A stretch of 64,000 bases of DNA from an uncultured Muribaculaceae bacterium (GTDB lineage Bacteria; Bacillota_I; Bacilli_A; RF39; UBA660), in assembly GCA_964533935.1 (NCBI GenBank), contig CAZHOG010000001.1, positions 35,702 to 99,701 on the forward strand. The letters run 5' to 3'. The translations under genes were made by a program, and so were the position numbers. The notes beneath the pieces were generated by a model that had not been told where the DNA came from, ran no database searches, and saw only the letters and a list, made by a program, of their open reading frames with translations. This document shows positions 30,101 through 41,487 of this stretch, in pieces; the stretch's first letter is position 1; every line of letters begins with the position of its first letter.

Positions 30101-31531
30101 TTAATATTGTTTACCAAAATATACTTTGTATTTACCTGTTTTGCCACAAATACAATTTCCAGTTGCTTCTTCGTTTTCCATAATACATCTAGATTTCAAA
30201 CCAGTAGTATCTTTGATATTATTTTCACATTCAGTGTCTCCACACCAATTGATTTTAATAAATCCTGGTTTATTTTTTGCTATTTCAACAAATTCATCCA
30301 TTGTATTAGCTTCATATAACATAGAATTTCTTCTTGCTAGTGCTTTATTATACATATCGTTTTGAATATCAGTTAATAAAGTATTTATTGAATCACTAAT
30401 AGAGTCTATATTTTCTATATCAAAAGTGATTTTTTCTAAAGTATCTCTTCTAACAAAAGTAATCTTATTTTCTAATAAGTCTCTCTTACCAACTTCAATT
30501 CTAATTGGATATCCTTTAACTTCTGCTTCTGCAAATTTGAAACCAGGAGTTTTATCTGATAAATCAACTTTATAAGATATATTACTATTTTTGAATATTT
30601 TAGATATTTTATCAATAGTATTATCAACATTATCATCATTTCCAATAGGAATAATCATAACTTGAATTGGAGCTATTTTTGGAGGTAATACAAGTCCTCT
30701 ATCATCACTATGAGTCATAATGATTCCACCAATCATTCTAGTTGTACAGCCCCAACTGGTTTGATATGGAGTTTTTAGAGTATTATCTTTATCTAAGAAT
30801 TGAATTCCAAATGCTTTCGCAAAACCAGTTCCAAAATAATGGCTTGTTCCATTTTGCAAAGCAACACCATCATACATCATAGCTTCTATTGTATATGTTT
30901 CTTCAGCACCAGCAAATTTTTCTTTTTCAGTTTTTCTTCCTGTAATAACTGGTAAAGCTAAATAGTCCTTTTGGAAATCTTCATATATTTTAAACATTCT
31001 TTTTGTTTCAGCAAGTGCTTCTTCTCGAGTTGCATGCATTGTATGGCCTTCTTGCCAAAGAATTTCTCTACTTCTTAAGAAAGGTCGAGTAGTTTTTTCC
31101 CATCTAACAATTGTACACCATTGATTATATAATTTAGGTAAGTCACGGTAACTTTTAATAATTTTTTTATAATGTTCGCAGAATAATGTTTCACTAGTTG
31201 GTCTAACGCACATTTTTTCATCTAATAATTCATTACCGCCATGAGTAACCCATGCAACTTCAGGTGCAAAACCTTCAACATGATCTTTTTCTACATTTAA
31301 TAATGATTCAGGAATAAACATTGGCATTTGAACATTTTCATGATCAGTCTCTTTAAATTTAGCATCTAAAACAGCTTGCATGCGTTCCCAAATGGCATAA
31401 CCATAAGGTCTAATAATCATACTTCCTTTAACGCTTGAATAATCAACTAAATCAGCTTTTTTTACCACATCTGTGTACCATTTAGCAAAATCAACATCAC
31501 GGCTTGTAATATCTTTAACTTGTTCTTTCAT
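30101..31531 (-). CDS. proS: Proline--tRNA ligase (archaeal/eukaryote-like compact form)
   Basis: It has class II aaRS motifs and a ~476-aa architecture with a C-terminal Cys-rich zinc-binding domain (WCGDTECE ... CICGK). Confidence 0.9.
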   Translation of the reverse strand: MKEQVKDITSRDVDFAKWYTDVVKKADLVDYSSVKGSMIIRPYGYAIWERMQAVLDAKFKETDHENVQMPMFIPESLLNVEKDHVEGFAPEVAWVTHGGNELLDEKMCVRPTSETLFCEHYKKIIKSYRDLPKLYNQWCTIVRWEKTTRPFLRSREILWQEGHTMHATREEALAETKRMFKIYEDFQKDYLALPVITGRKTEKEKFAGAEETYTIEAMMYDGVALQNGTSHYFGTGFAKAFGIQFLDKDNTLKTPYQTSWGCTTRMIGGIIMTHSDDRGLVLPPKIAPIQVMIIPIGNDDNVDNTIDKISKIFKNSNISYKVDLSDKTPGFKFAEAEVKGYPIRIEVGKRDLLENKITFVRRDTLEKITFDIENIDSISDSINTLLTDIQNDMYNKALARRNSMLYEANTMDEFVEIAKNKPGFIKINWCGDTECENNIKDTTGLKSRCIMENEEATGNCICGKTGKYKVYFGKQY

Positions 31532-31539
31532 AAATTCAC

Positions 31540-31767
31540 CTACTCTTCAATATTAAAATCTTCTAAAGATCCATTTTCTTTTAATATTTTATTTACACTT
31601 TCTGTTGCATTATTTAACTTTTTACTACAATTAGCAGCTAAATTCATAGCTTCAGTATATTTTTTTATTGCTTCATCTAATTCAGTATTGCCATTTTCTA
31701 ATTCTTTAACAATACTTTCTAATTTATTTAATGATTCTTCAAAAGACATTTCTTTTTCTTCCATCAT
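31540..31767 (-). CDS. xseB: Exodeoxyribonuclease VII small subunit
   Basis: MSFEESLNKLESIVKELENGNTELDEAIKKYTEAMNL is the typical XseB helical hairpin. The likely start is the internal Met (MSFEE). It is immediately downstream of xseA. Confidence 0.85.
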   Translation of the reverse strand: MMEEKEMSFEESLNKLESIVKELENGNTELDEAIKKYTEAMNLAANCSKKLNNATESVNKILKENGSLEDFNIEE

Positions 31768-32972
31768 TCTACCTCCTTAACAATTGCTTTAATATTACCT
31801 TGATGAAATCTTACATTAATTTCATCATTAACATCTAAACTTTTACTATCTTTAATTACTTCATCGTTTTTTGATACCAGTGAATATCCCTTATCTAAAA
31901 TATTTAATGGATTAACTAATTTTAAAGTATTTGAATTTAAAATTAGCAGATGTTTTTTATTAAGTAAATAAGATTTAATAAAATTATTTAGTTTATCTAT
32001 ATTACTATCTAATTTTTGTTCTTTTACTTCATATATTGCCAATGGATTTTTTAAAATATATGATTTTTTAATATTATCTAATCTATTTTCTTTTAATTTT
32101 AATAAATTCATAATGAATTTATTATTTCTTAATTCTAATTGATTTATTTTAAAATTAACATCACTTATAGTTGGAACAGCCATTTCAGCAGCTCCAGTTG
32201 GAGTCGGTGCTCTTAAATCAGCTACATAATCAGCTATTGTAAAATCAATTTCATGTCCAACAGCACTTATTATAGGTATCTCACTATTAAATATTGCTCT
32301 AGCAACTATTTCTTCATTAAAGGCCCATAAATCTTCTATAGAACCACCACCACGGCCACAAATAATTACATCAAGATCATATTCATTGGCTTTTTTAATT
32401 TGATTAACAATATCTGGTGCTGCACTTTTTCCTTGAACTAAACAAGGAAATAAAATAGTTTCACATATTGGATATCTTCTTTTAATTGTACTAATAATAT
32501 CTTTAATAGCTGCACCAGTAGATGCAGTAATAACACCTATTTTTGTTGGATATTTTGGAATTGGCTTTTTATGAATATTATCGAACAAACCTTCAGCAGC
32601 TAACTTTTTCTTAAGTTTTTCAAATTCTAAATATAAATTACCAAGGCCATCCATTTCCATTTTATCAACATAGATTTGATATGTTCCTTGAGCCGGATAA
32701 CAAGAAACTCTTCCTTCAACTAAAACATTCATCCCATCTTCAGGAACAAAAGACAATTTAGTAGCATTACCTGCAAACATCACTGCACTTAATCTAGAAT
32801 CATCATCTTTTAAAGTAAAATATAAATGTCCTCTAGTATGATTTTTAAAATTAGAAATTTCACCTTTTAAATAAACATGTTGCAAATGTGAATTATTATC
32901 AAACATAGATTTTAAATAATTATTGATTCTTGAAATTGTAACATATTTATCTTCCATGGGACTTATCTTCAC
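31764..32972 (-). CDS. xseA: Exodeoxyribonuclease VII large subunit
   Basis: It has an N-terminal OB-fold (tRNA_anti-like) and the catalytic domain. Its position after nusB is conserved. Confidence 0.9.
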   Translation of the reverse strand: MKISPMEDKYVTISRINNYLKSMFDNNSHLQHVYLKGEISNFKNHTRGHLYFTLKDDDSRLSAVMFAGNATKLSFVPEDGMNVLVEGRVSCYPAQGTYQIYVDKMEMDGLGNLYLEFEKLKKKLAAEGLFDNIHKKPIPKYPTKIGVITASTGAAIKDIISTIKRRYPICETILFPCLVQGKSAAPDIVNQIKKANEYDLDVIICGRGGGSIEDLWAFNEEIVARAIFNSEIPIISAVGHEIDFTIADYVADLRAPTPTGAAEMAVPTISDVNFKINQLELRNNKFIMNLLKLKENRLDNIKKSYILKNPLAIYEVKEQKLDSNIDKLNNFIKSYLLNKKHLLILNSNTLKLVNPLNILDKGYSLVSKNDEVIKDSKSLDVNDEINVRFHQGNIKAIVKEVE

Positions 32973-33891
32973 TTTCTATTTTTAATTTATTTATAGCATT
33001 TGTTATTTCATTGTAATTCATTTCATAATTTCTTATTAAAGTACTCTTATACATATATGGAAAAGAAATATTTCTTTTATCTTCAATATTTAAAATAATT
33101 TCTTTTAATTTATTTGGAGTAAAGTAATAATATATATTTAAGAATTGATTAATATTTTCTCTTCCAGAAAAACTTAAATATTTTTCTATTTCAACGTTAC
33201 CGCAATATTCATTTTCAACTTTCATTTGAGGAATAAACCCCATAAAATTAAAAGACAATTCATTATCATATAATGGAGTTAATGTCGCAATATTCTTTTT
33301 GGCATTTTCCATTATTTCCCAATTTCTTTCATGTCTATCATTTTGCATAGTTAAATAATCTAGAGAATATCTTTTTGTTAATTCAACCATAATATTTTTT
33401 ACAATGTTTAGTCGATTATCTTCATCATAATTATGGAAATGATAGTTTAATGCATCCCAAATATTTTCAAGATTATTCATATCATTAATTAAATATTTTC
33501 TCAAATCATCATTTAATGGATATTTAATAACATAAGTTGGATTAATATATTCATTTATTAGCTTATTCTCTTCTAAATAATTCAAATACTCTTCTAATAT
33601 AATAGAACCATTAATGTAAGAAAAATCAGCTTGACGATAATCTTTTGTTAATGTTCCAATTTTATTATTTATTTGAGCAGCTTCAATATGAACAACATCT
33701 ATCCCAATTTCTTTGGCCATTTCTTCAACAATCATATCGTTATAAATAGATTCCATTTTATAAGAATTATCAAAGTTTTTTAACGCATTTTTAAAAAAAT
33801 ATTCTTCGCCATTTATATTAATAGTATTTTTTCTTTGAAAGAAGAACTTCTTTTTACAGTATTTACTAATATCAACAATTCCGTTTTCCAT
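32947..33891 (-). CDS. HipA-like (HipA_C-fold) putative Ser/Thr kinase, short form (paralog 1)
   Basis: It has a HipA-type substrate-binding helix motif (EEMAKEIGIDVVHIE), a catalytic-loop-like LDYLTMQNDRHERNW (D.H..N), and an APxYD-like Mg-binding motif (LTPLYDNE). It overlaps the xseA start by 26 nt. Confidence 0.4.
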   Translation of the reverse strand: MENGIVDISKYCKKKFFFQRKNTININGEEYFFKNALKNFDNSYKMESIYNDMIVEEMAKEIGIDVVHIEAAQINNKIGTLTKDYRQADFSYINGSIILEEYLNYLEENKLINEYINPTYVIKYPLNDDLRKYLINDMNNLENIWDALNYHFHNYDEDNRLNIVKNIMVELTKRYSLDYLTMQNDRHERNWEIMENAKKNIATLTPLYDNELSFNFMGFIPQMKVENEYCGNVEIEKYLSFSGRENINQFLNIYYYFTPNKLKEIILNIEDKRNISFPYMYKSTLIRNYEMNYNEITNAINKLKIESEDKSHGR

Positions 33892-33892
33892 T

Positions 33893-34288
33893 TTATTCCC
33901 TTATTAATTTATCTAAAACTGCATTAATAATCTTTCTAACATTATCATCACTATATTTTTTAGCTAATTCTATTGCTTCATTAATAACTACAATTTCTGG
34001 AGTATCAGTGTATTTTAATTCAAAAATACCAATTCTTAAAATAGATGCTCCAGTTTTATCAATACGATCAATAGTCCAATCTTTCATATGTGAATTTGCT
34101 ATTTCATTTAATTCATCATAATGGGCTAAAACACCATTAACAATCTCGTTAACAAATTCATTATCGTAATCAATATTATCTTTAATAATTTCTTCAATCG
34201 GAGTTGTATTATTACTCTTATTGATTATTTCATTTTGATATAAAATTATCATACATTTTTCTCTTAATTCACTTCTATTAAGTGCCAT
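33893..34288 (-). CDS. nusB: Transcription antitermination factor NusB
   Basis: It is a 131-aa all-helical protein with conserved NusB motifs (LYQ.E......; ID.....N.AVLD). Its position upstream of xseA is conserved. Confidence 0.85.
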   Translation of the reverse strand: MALNRSELREKCMIILYQNEIINKSNNTTPIEEIIKDNIDYDNEFVNEIVNGVLAHYDELNEIANSHMKDWTIDRIDKTGASILRIGIFELKYTDTPEIVVINEAIELAKKYSDDNVRKIINAVLDKLIRE

Positions 34289-34335
34289 AATTAATCACCA
34301 AAGTAATTATACCATAATACTTAGTAAAAACATAG

Positions 34336-34367
34336 AAAAAATCGGCTTTTAAATTGCCGATTTATTT
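34336..34367 (-). terminator. Rho-independent terminator after the small ORF
   Basis: On the minus strand AAATCGGC-AATTTAAAA-GCCGATTT is followed by TTTTCTATG. Confidence 0.45.
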
Positions 34368-34370
34368 AAT

Positions 34371-34526
34371 TCATTTACATTCATGAAACATATCATTTGC
34401 TTCATCTAACATTGAATTTATTAAGCGATCTGCTTGCTTTTTTGTATTTTTATTTAATAATACATATGCTGTTAAACCAGCAGTTCCAAGCATTGTTAAT
34501 CCTACTATTCCCATAGTTTTTTTCAT
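34371..34526 (-). CDS. Small (51-aa) putative membrane protein. It is absent from the ORF track.
   Basis: My own translation is MKKTMGIVGLTMLGTAGLTAYVLLNKNTKKQADRLINSMLDEANDMFHECK. It is preceded by an AAGGATGTGAG RBS and followed by a clean terminator. Confidence 0.35.
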   Translation of the reverse strand: MKKTMGIVGLTMLGTAGLTAYVLLNKNTKKQADRLINSMLDEANDMFHECK

Positions 34527-34558
34527 ATACTCACATCCTTAAAATTAATATTCCCTAA

Positions 34559-36784
34559 TCAATCAAAAATATTCTCAATTTTAGTTTTTAAAGATGTCTT
34601 TCTATTTTGTGAATAATCATTATTAACTGCCATTCTAAATGATATATCTTCACCAATTACTACTAAACTTTTCTTGGCTCTAGAAACACCAGTATAGATA
34701 AGTTTATTATATAGCATTCTGTTATATGCTTTACTAATAGGCATTATAACATGAGCAAATTCACTACCTTGAGATTTATGAATTGTAATTGCATAAGCAT
34801 GTTTAATTAATGCCATATCCTCTTTTTTATATTCAACATAATTTCCATCAAAATCTATTGTTATAATTTCAGTTTTCTTAGGATTATAAACTGTAGTAAT
34901 TGAAGAAATATATCCAATATCACCATTATAAACATTACAATCAGGATTATTAGCAAGTTGCAAAACTTTATCTTGTTCACGGAATAATACATGATTAGCA
35001 ATAACTTCTTTTTTATCTTCACTAGCAGGATTAAATAATTCTTGCATTAAAACATTTAAATTATCTATGCCATTTTCTCCCCTATACATGGGAGCTAAAA
35101 TTTGCAGTTCTTGAGGTTTTAACCCCTTTTTTATGCTTTTAATGACCACTTGTCTGATATATTCTTTTATGTTTTTTGAATCAATATTCAAAAAATTATA
35201 ATCATCTTTTTTAGTCAAAAAATTTTCTGATAAATCATGCTCTTTAATTTCTTTTGCAAGAAGTGGTATATATGAATTATCACTTTGACGATAAATCTTA
35301 GATAGTGGGCAAAAATTAAATTTATTAGATTCTATTAAATCGTTTAATACTAGTCCTGAACCAACACTTGGTAATTGAAATGCATCTCCAACTAATACAA
35401 GCTGAATATTATTGTCTAATCCCTTAAGAAGTGAATCCATTAAAAATGTGTCAATCATACTTACTTCATCTACAATAATTAATCTTTGATGATTTTTGTT
35501 ATATTCATTTACTGCAAAAGAATTACTATCTTTATTCCATTTTAAAAACCTATGAATTGTAGATGCAGGCAAATTGGTAGATTCACTCATTTTTTTACTT
35601 GCTCTACCAGTTGGAGCTAAAAGAGCAATATTTGTAATAACATCTATTGGAGATAATTTATAATATTCAATATATAATCTACAAATAGCATTAATTATTG
35701 TTGTTTTTCCAGTACCAGGACCTCCAGATATAATTGTTATTCGATTTTGAAGAGCTGTTTTAATAGCATTTTCTTGATCATTATTATAATTAACATCCAA
35801 ATCATGTTCTAAATTTTCTATTTTTCCATCAATATTTTTTAATTTCTTTACATCCAGTTCCATGATATTTTTTAATGAGACAGCAATATTTTGTTCCATA
35901 TCATATATTTCTTTTAAATAATATTTATCTTCTTCTAAAATAATCATTTCATTTTTTATAAGTTCAGTAAGTAAGTTATTTAAATAAACTTCATCTAATT
36001 TAATCCCAAATTCATGGTTCAATTTATCTTCTATTTCTTCTTTACTATAAAGGGTATCACCATTAGAATCACTTAATATTCTCATACTTTCTATAATACA
36101 CGCTTTTACTCTTATTTCATCATCATATTGATTATTATTTAAAAATATATGATCCAGTTTATTAAATGGAATAATTTCTTTTAATACATAAATATTTGTA
36201 TCAATCAAAGCTAACGTTTTATCTTTATAATGATTAAATATCCTTATTGCTTCAGCAATAGAAAAACCAATTTTTTTCAATTCTAATATTGTATCATCGG
36301 CATTTGATGCAGCAACAACAGAATTATAAATTTTTTCTGCTTTATTTACATTCATATTAGGTACCATTAATAAATTATTAGGATTTTCTTTTATTTTATT
36401 TATAGTATCTTCTCCAAATACTTCAACAATTTTTATTGCTGTTTTACTACCACAGCCTTTAATTAAAGGACTACTTAAAAACTCTATTATTCCCTCTTTT
36501 GTAGTTGGCAGTACTTTTTCATAATTAGAAAATTTAAACTGGTTGCCAAATCTTTCATGATTCACATATTCTCCAGATAATACATAATTATCTTCAAAAT
36601 TAGGATCTATTATTGAACCAGTAATAGTAATAGTTTTATTGATTAAATCATCTAAATCATTATTGTCAGTTTCTTTTACTCTAAAAAGTCCAACAAAAAA
36701 GCCATTGTCATTTTGATAGATAGTACTTTTGATTTTGCCTTTTATGTTGTCCATATTTATATCACCTAAAAACAATTGTATCAT
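34559..36784 (-). CDS. recD2: RecD2-like ATP-dependent DNA helicase (RecD/TraA family)
   Basis: It has an N-terminal OB/HhH region, SF1 helicase motifs (ISGGPGTGKTT; LIIVDEVSMID; VLVGDAFQLPSVG), and a C-terminal SH3-like domain. Confidence 0.85.
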   Translation of the reverse strand: MIQLFLGDINMDNIKGKIKSTIYQNDNGFFVGLFRVKETDNNDLDDLINKTITITGSIIDPNFEDNYVLSGEYVNHERFGNQFKFSNYEKVLPTTKEGIIEFLSSPLIKGCGSKTAIKIVEVFGEDTINKIKENPNNLLMVPNMNVNKAEKIYNSVVAASNADDTILELKKIGFSIAEAIRIFNHYKDKTLALIDTNIYVLKEIIPFNKLDHIFLNNNQYDDEIRVKACIIESMRILSDSNGDTLYSKEEIEDKLNHEFGIKLDEVYLNNLLTELIKNEMIILEEDKYYLKEIYDMEQNIAVSLKNIMELDVKKLKNIDGKIENLEHDLDVNYNNDQENAIKTALQNRITIISGGPGTGKTTIINAICRLYIEYYKLSPIDVITNIALLAPTGRASKKMSESTNLPASTIHRFLKWNKDSNSFAVNEYNKNHQRLIIVDEVSMIDTFLMDSLLKGLDNNIQLVLVGDAFQLPSVGSGLVLNDLIESNKFNFCPLSKIYRQSDNSYIPLLAKEIKEHDLSENFLTKKDDYNFLNIDSKNIKEYIRQVVIKSIKKGLKPQELQILAPMYRGENGIDNLNVLMQELFNPASEDKKEVIANHVLFREQDKVLQLANNPDCNVYNGDIGYISSITTVYNPKKTEIITIDFDGNYVEYKKEDMALIKHAYAITIHKSQGSEFAHVIMPISKAYNRMLYNKLIYTGVSRAKKSLVVIGEDISFRMAVNNDYSQNRKTSLKTKIENIFD

Positions 36785-36811
36785 AAAAAAGATAAAAGAA
36801 TATATTTTCTT

Positions 36812-37732
36812 TTATCTTTTTAATGGTTTAAAATTATTTAATTCATTTTGTAACATATTATAATTAAATACATATTGAGAATAAATAGAATCTTTTATCT
36901 TATTATCTATTTTAAAGTTTAACTTATATTCAAGATTTATAAACATTCTTTTTACTTCCAAAGGATTTAAATAATTCATTAATCTTTCAAATTCATCTTG
37001 AAAATATGAAGATGAATAATTCAAAAATTTTTGTAATTCACTTATATTAGAATATTCTTCATTTTCATTAAATACATCAGTTCTTATATTTAAATTCTTT
37101 TCTGAATTTGTGTGAAGGCCATTTAACATTTTTTGATTATCAAAAATTGGTGCAAGTGTAGCATAATCTTCTGTTTCTTCTACTAACCAATTATATGAAG
37201 CACCATCACATTGATTAATTAATATATCAAATAAATATTTTTCCGATAATTTATATAAAATATTTTTAATAATATTCTTCTTATTAGGGTTATTTCGATA
37301 TTTAATTTCAAGTAAATCCCAGATGCTTTCAAGATTATTATATTTAGCATAATCTATTTTATCAGTTGGTTCTTCATCAAGATATCTATGATAATTTTCA
37401 ATCAAATCATCTCCTGAATAATAGTTACAATAGTCTTTTTTAAAATCTTTTGTAATTACACCATACATTCCATTAAATAATGCTAAATCATATGTTGCAT
37501 GATCATAACCAACAGTTTCTAACATTTCACTAGCTAGTAATTCTTTTATTTCTTCGTCTTTTGAACTGCACATTTTGAACATATACCTTTGATTGCCAAT
37601 AGAAAACCAGAAATTAACATCATTTATAATTTCTACTACACCCATTTTTTCCAATTTGTATACATTCATGCAATTATATTTTTCTAAAAAATAGGAATCT
37701 AAATCAATATAGCCATTATTTCTTTCAAACAT
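36812..37732 (-). CDS. HipA-like (HipA_C-fold) protein, paralog 2, with a degenerate catalytic loop
   Basis: It aligns along its whole length with the 32947..33891 product (LASEMLETVGYDHATYD; NLESIWDLLE; LAPIFDNQ). The catalytic-loop equivalent is CDGASYNW, where Asp and Asn are kept but His is replaced. Confidence 0.4.
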   Translation of the reverse strand: MFERNNGYIDLDSYFLEKYNCMNVYKLEKMGVVEIINDVNFWFSIGNQRYMFKMCSSKDEEIKELLASEMLETVGYDHATYDLALFNGMYGVITKDFKKDYCNYYSGDDLIENYHRYLDEEPTDKIDYAKYNNLESIWDLLEIKYRNNPNKKNIIKNILYKLSEKYLFDILINQCDGASYNWLVEETEDYATLAPIFDNQKMLNGLHTNSEKNLNIRTDVFNENEEYSNISELQKFLNYSSSYFQDEFERLMNYLNPLEVKRMFINLEYKLNFKIDNKIKDSIYSQYVFNYNMLQNELNNFKPLKR

Positions 37733-37743
37733 TTTAACCTCTA

Positions 37744-39217
<1,474 letters not shown>

Positions 39218-39252
39218 CTACTAAATAAAAAAGAAAAATCATAAGATTTTTC

Positions 39253-40449
39253 CTATCGTTTTAATTGACTAGAATTTATTCTAGAATATATTTGATTTAA
39301 TAAATTATCATCAGATTTATAATTATCTGATATTTTAATATGCATAGAATTATCAATTTCATTTGGATAAATTATATTATCCATGTTTTCTAATTGATAA
39401 CCAACTCTATTAAAACTTCTTATTAATTTTTGAGACATATTATTTTGGTTAAAATCTCTTTTATTTTCTAACTCTAAAATTTTATTTTTAATAGTATCGT
39501 CATCATATAAAAATTTAAAGTTTTTAAGAGCTCTTTCCGAGCCAATCTTTTTTTCATAATATCTTAATGGTAAATAATCTATTACAACAATATCTTCTAT
39601 ATCATTTGTTTTTAACATTTTAATTGTTGCAGTAATACTTAATAAAGAACTCATAGAAACATCAGAAATATTTTCTGGATAATAGTTACTCTCATTATTT
39701 TTATAATCATAATATTCCTTACTGTCTAAAATATTTTTATTAAACGAATATAACTTTCTATTTATAGATTTTTCATATCTATTTAATATTTTTTTATTAT
39801 GATTTTGAACAGCATAAATATATGCAGTTTTTCTACCATTAGCATCATCAATTCCATAGCAAACCTTTGGTAAATCAAAATAATTCATTGTAGTCCCATC
39901 ATTATGTGCTAATCGAAATTTCAAACAATATGGAGTTTCTAATGAATAATATAATGGTTCTCTTTTCATTTCTAATACAGAATCATTTAATTCTTCAATA
40001 TTACAAATATTAGAATATCTTGAATAACTTTTAAAAGTATCATCATTAATAAAATTAGTTCTCATTTTCAGGTATGCTACTGGATTATTTAAATCTTGTT
40101 CACGAGCATTAAAAAAAGCTAAAGTTAAAATATATTTAATATTTTCTCTAGAAGTTAATTCATATATGTGATTAATAAGTGATTCAGTTAAATCATGTTT
40201 TATCATTAACTTTATTTGTGAATTCACATAATCTACTAATGCATTATCAAATAAATCTTTGTTTTTAATCATCAATAATGGTAACTCATTATTTCTAATA
40301 TTACTTTTATTTTCAATAGTAGTATTAAACCCTATTGAAAATGTAGCAACATCATTATTAATTTTCTGATTACTTATTATTTCAATACTTCCATTACATG
40401 CACTTGGTACAATTTCATTATAAAATATACTTAAAATTAAATTTTTCAT
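39253..40449 (-). CDS. Hypothetical protein inserted between queA and tgt
   Basis: A 398-aa cytosolic-looking ORF with no recognised motif. Its stop and start are tightly packed between queA and tgt. Confidence 0.5.
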   Translation of the reverse strand: MKNLILSIFYNEIVPSACNGSIEIISNQKINNDVATFSIGFNTTIENKSNIRNNELPLLMIKNKDLFDNALVDYVNSQIKLMIKHDLTESLINHIYELTSRENIKYILTLAFFNAREQDLNNPVAYLKMRTNFINDDTFKSYSRYSNICNIEELNDSVLEMKREPLYYSLETPYCLKFRLAHNDGTTMNYFDLPKVCYGIDDANGRKTAYIYAVQNHNKKILNRYEKSINRKLYSFNKNILDSKEYYDYKNNESNYYPENISDVSMSSLLSITATIKMLKTNDIEDIVVIDYLPLRYYEKKIGSERALKNFKFLYDDDTIKNKILELENKRDFNQNNMSQKLIRSFNRVGYQLENMDNIIYPNEIDNSMHIKISDNYKSDDNLLNQIYSRINSSQLKR

Positions 40450-41474
40450 TATTTAATAAACATTGCATCCCCAAAGGAAAAAAATCTATAATTATTTTTA
40501 ATAGCTTCCTCGTATGCATTTATAATATATTCTTTTTTTGATAAGGCACTAACCAACATTAATAATGTAGACTTTGGAAGATGAAAATTAGTAATCAAAC
40601 CATTAATTGCTTTAAATTCATATCCAGGATAAATAAATATTTCAGTGTTTCCTGAACATTCACAAAATGTATCATATTTTGCCATTATTGTTTCCAAAGT
40701 TCGAGTAGAAGTTGTACCAACAGCATAAATATTTCTATTTTCTTTTTTAGCTAAATTTAAAACTTCTGCTGTTTCTTTTGTCATTTGATAAAATTCACTA
40801 TGCATATGATGTTCTTTTATATTTTCTACTTCAACTGGTCTAAATGTCCCAAGTCCAACGTGAAGTGTTACGTATTCAATAATAATACCCTTATTCTTAA
40901 TTTCTTCTAATAATTCTTTTGTAAAATGTAACCCAGCAGTTGGAGCTGCAGCACTACCTATATTTTTAGCATAAACAGTTTGATATCTACTTTGATCATT
41001 TAGTTTTTCATGAATATATGGTGGCAATGGCATTGTTCCCAATCTATCAAGAATTTCCATTAATATTCCATCATAAATTAATTTAACATGAGTAATTCCT
41101 TCATCCATCTTTTTCGTTACAACAGCTTTTAATAATCCATCACCAAAACTAATTACAGTATCTATTTTAAGACGTTTAGCAGGTTTAGATAAACATTCCC
41201 ACTCATCATCACCTAAATCTTTTAATAATAATAATTCAATAACCGCATCTGTTTCTTCTTTATGTCCTATTAATCTTGCTGGAATAACTTTAGTATCATT
41301 TAAAACTAAAACATCACCAGCATTTAAATAATTTATTATATTTTTAAAAACTTCATGCTTTAATTCACCAGTATTTTTGTTTAGTACCATTAATTTTGAA
41401 TCACTTCTGTTTTTTAATGGTGTTTGAGCAATTAACTCCTCAGGTAAATTATAATCATAATCACTTGTATTCAT
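40449..41474 (-). CDS. queA: S-adenosylmethionine:tRNA ribosyltransferase-isomerase
   Basis: It has the N-terminal [15 protein letters not shown] and conserved QueA core motifs. Confidence 0.95.
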   Translation of the reverse strand: MNTSDYDYNLPEELIAQTPLKNRSDSKLMVLNKNTGELKHEVFKNIINYLNAGDVLVLNDTKVIPARLIGHKEETDAVIELLLLKDLGDDEWECLSKPAKRLKIDTVISFGDGLLKAVVTKKMDEGITHVKLIYDGILMEILDRLGTMPLPPYIHEKLNDQSRYQTVYAKNIGSAAAPTAGLHFTKELLEEIKNKGIIIEYVTLHVGLGTFRPVEVENIKEHHMHSEFYQMTKETAEVLNLAKKENRNIYAVGTTSTRTLETIMAKYDTFCECSGNTEIFIYPGYEFKAINGLITNFHLPKSTLLMLVSALSKKEYIINAYEEAIKNNYRFFSFGDAMFIK

Positions 41475-41487
41475 TCATTTTCACTTC

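Noticed and set aside
30107-30365. Two plus-strand ORFs overlapping the proS 3' end
   Set aside because: They are antisense to proS.
31532-31540. A possible T-box leader upstream of proS
   Set aside because: proS starts 8 nt after xseB, so there is no room for a leader. The aaRS gene is co-transcribed with xseAB.
31520-31780. An 86-aa plus-strand ORF antisense to xseB
   Set aside because: xseB on the minus strand has clear homology. The plus-strand ORF is low-complexity.
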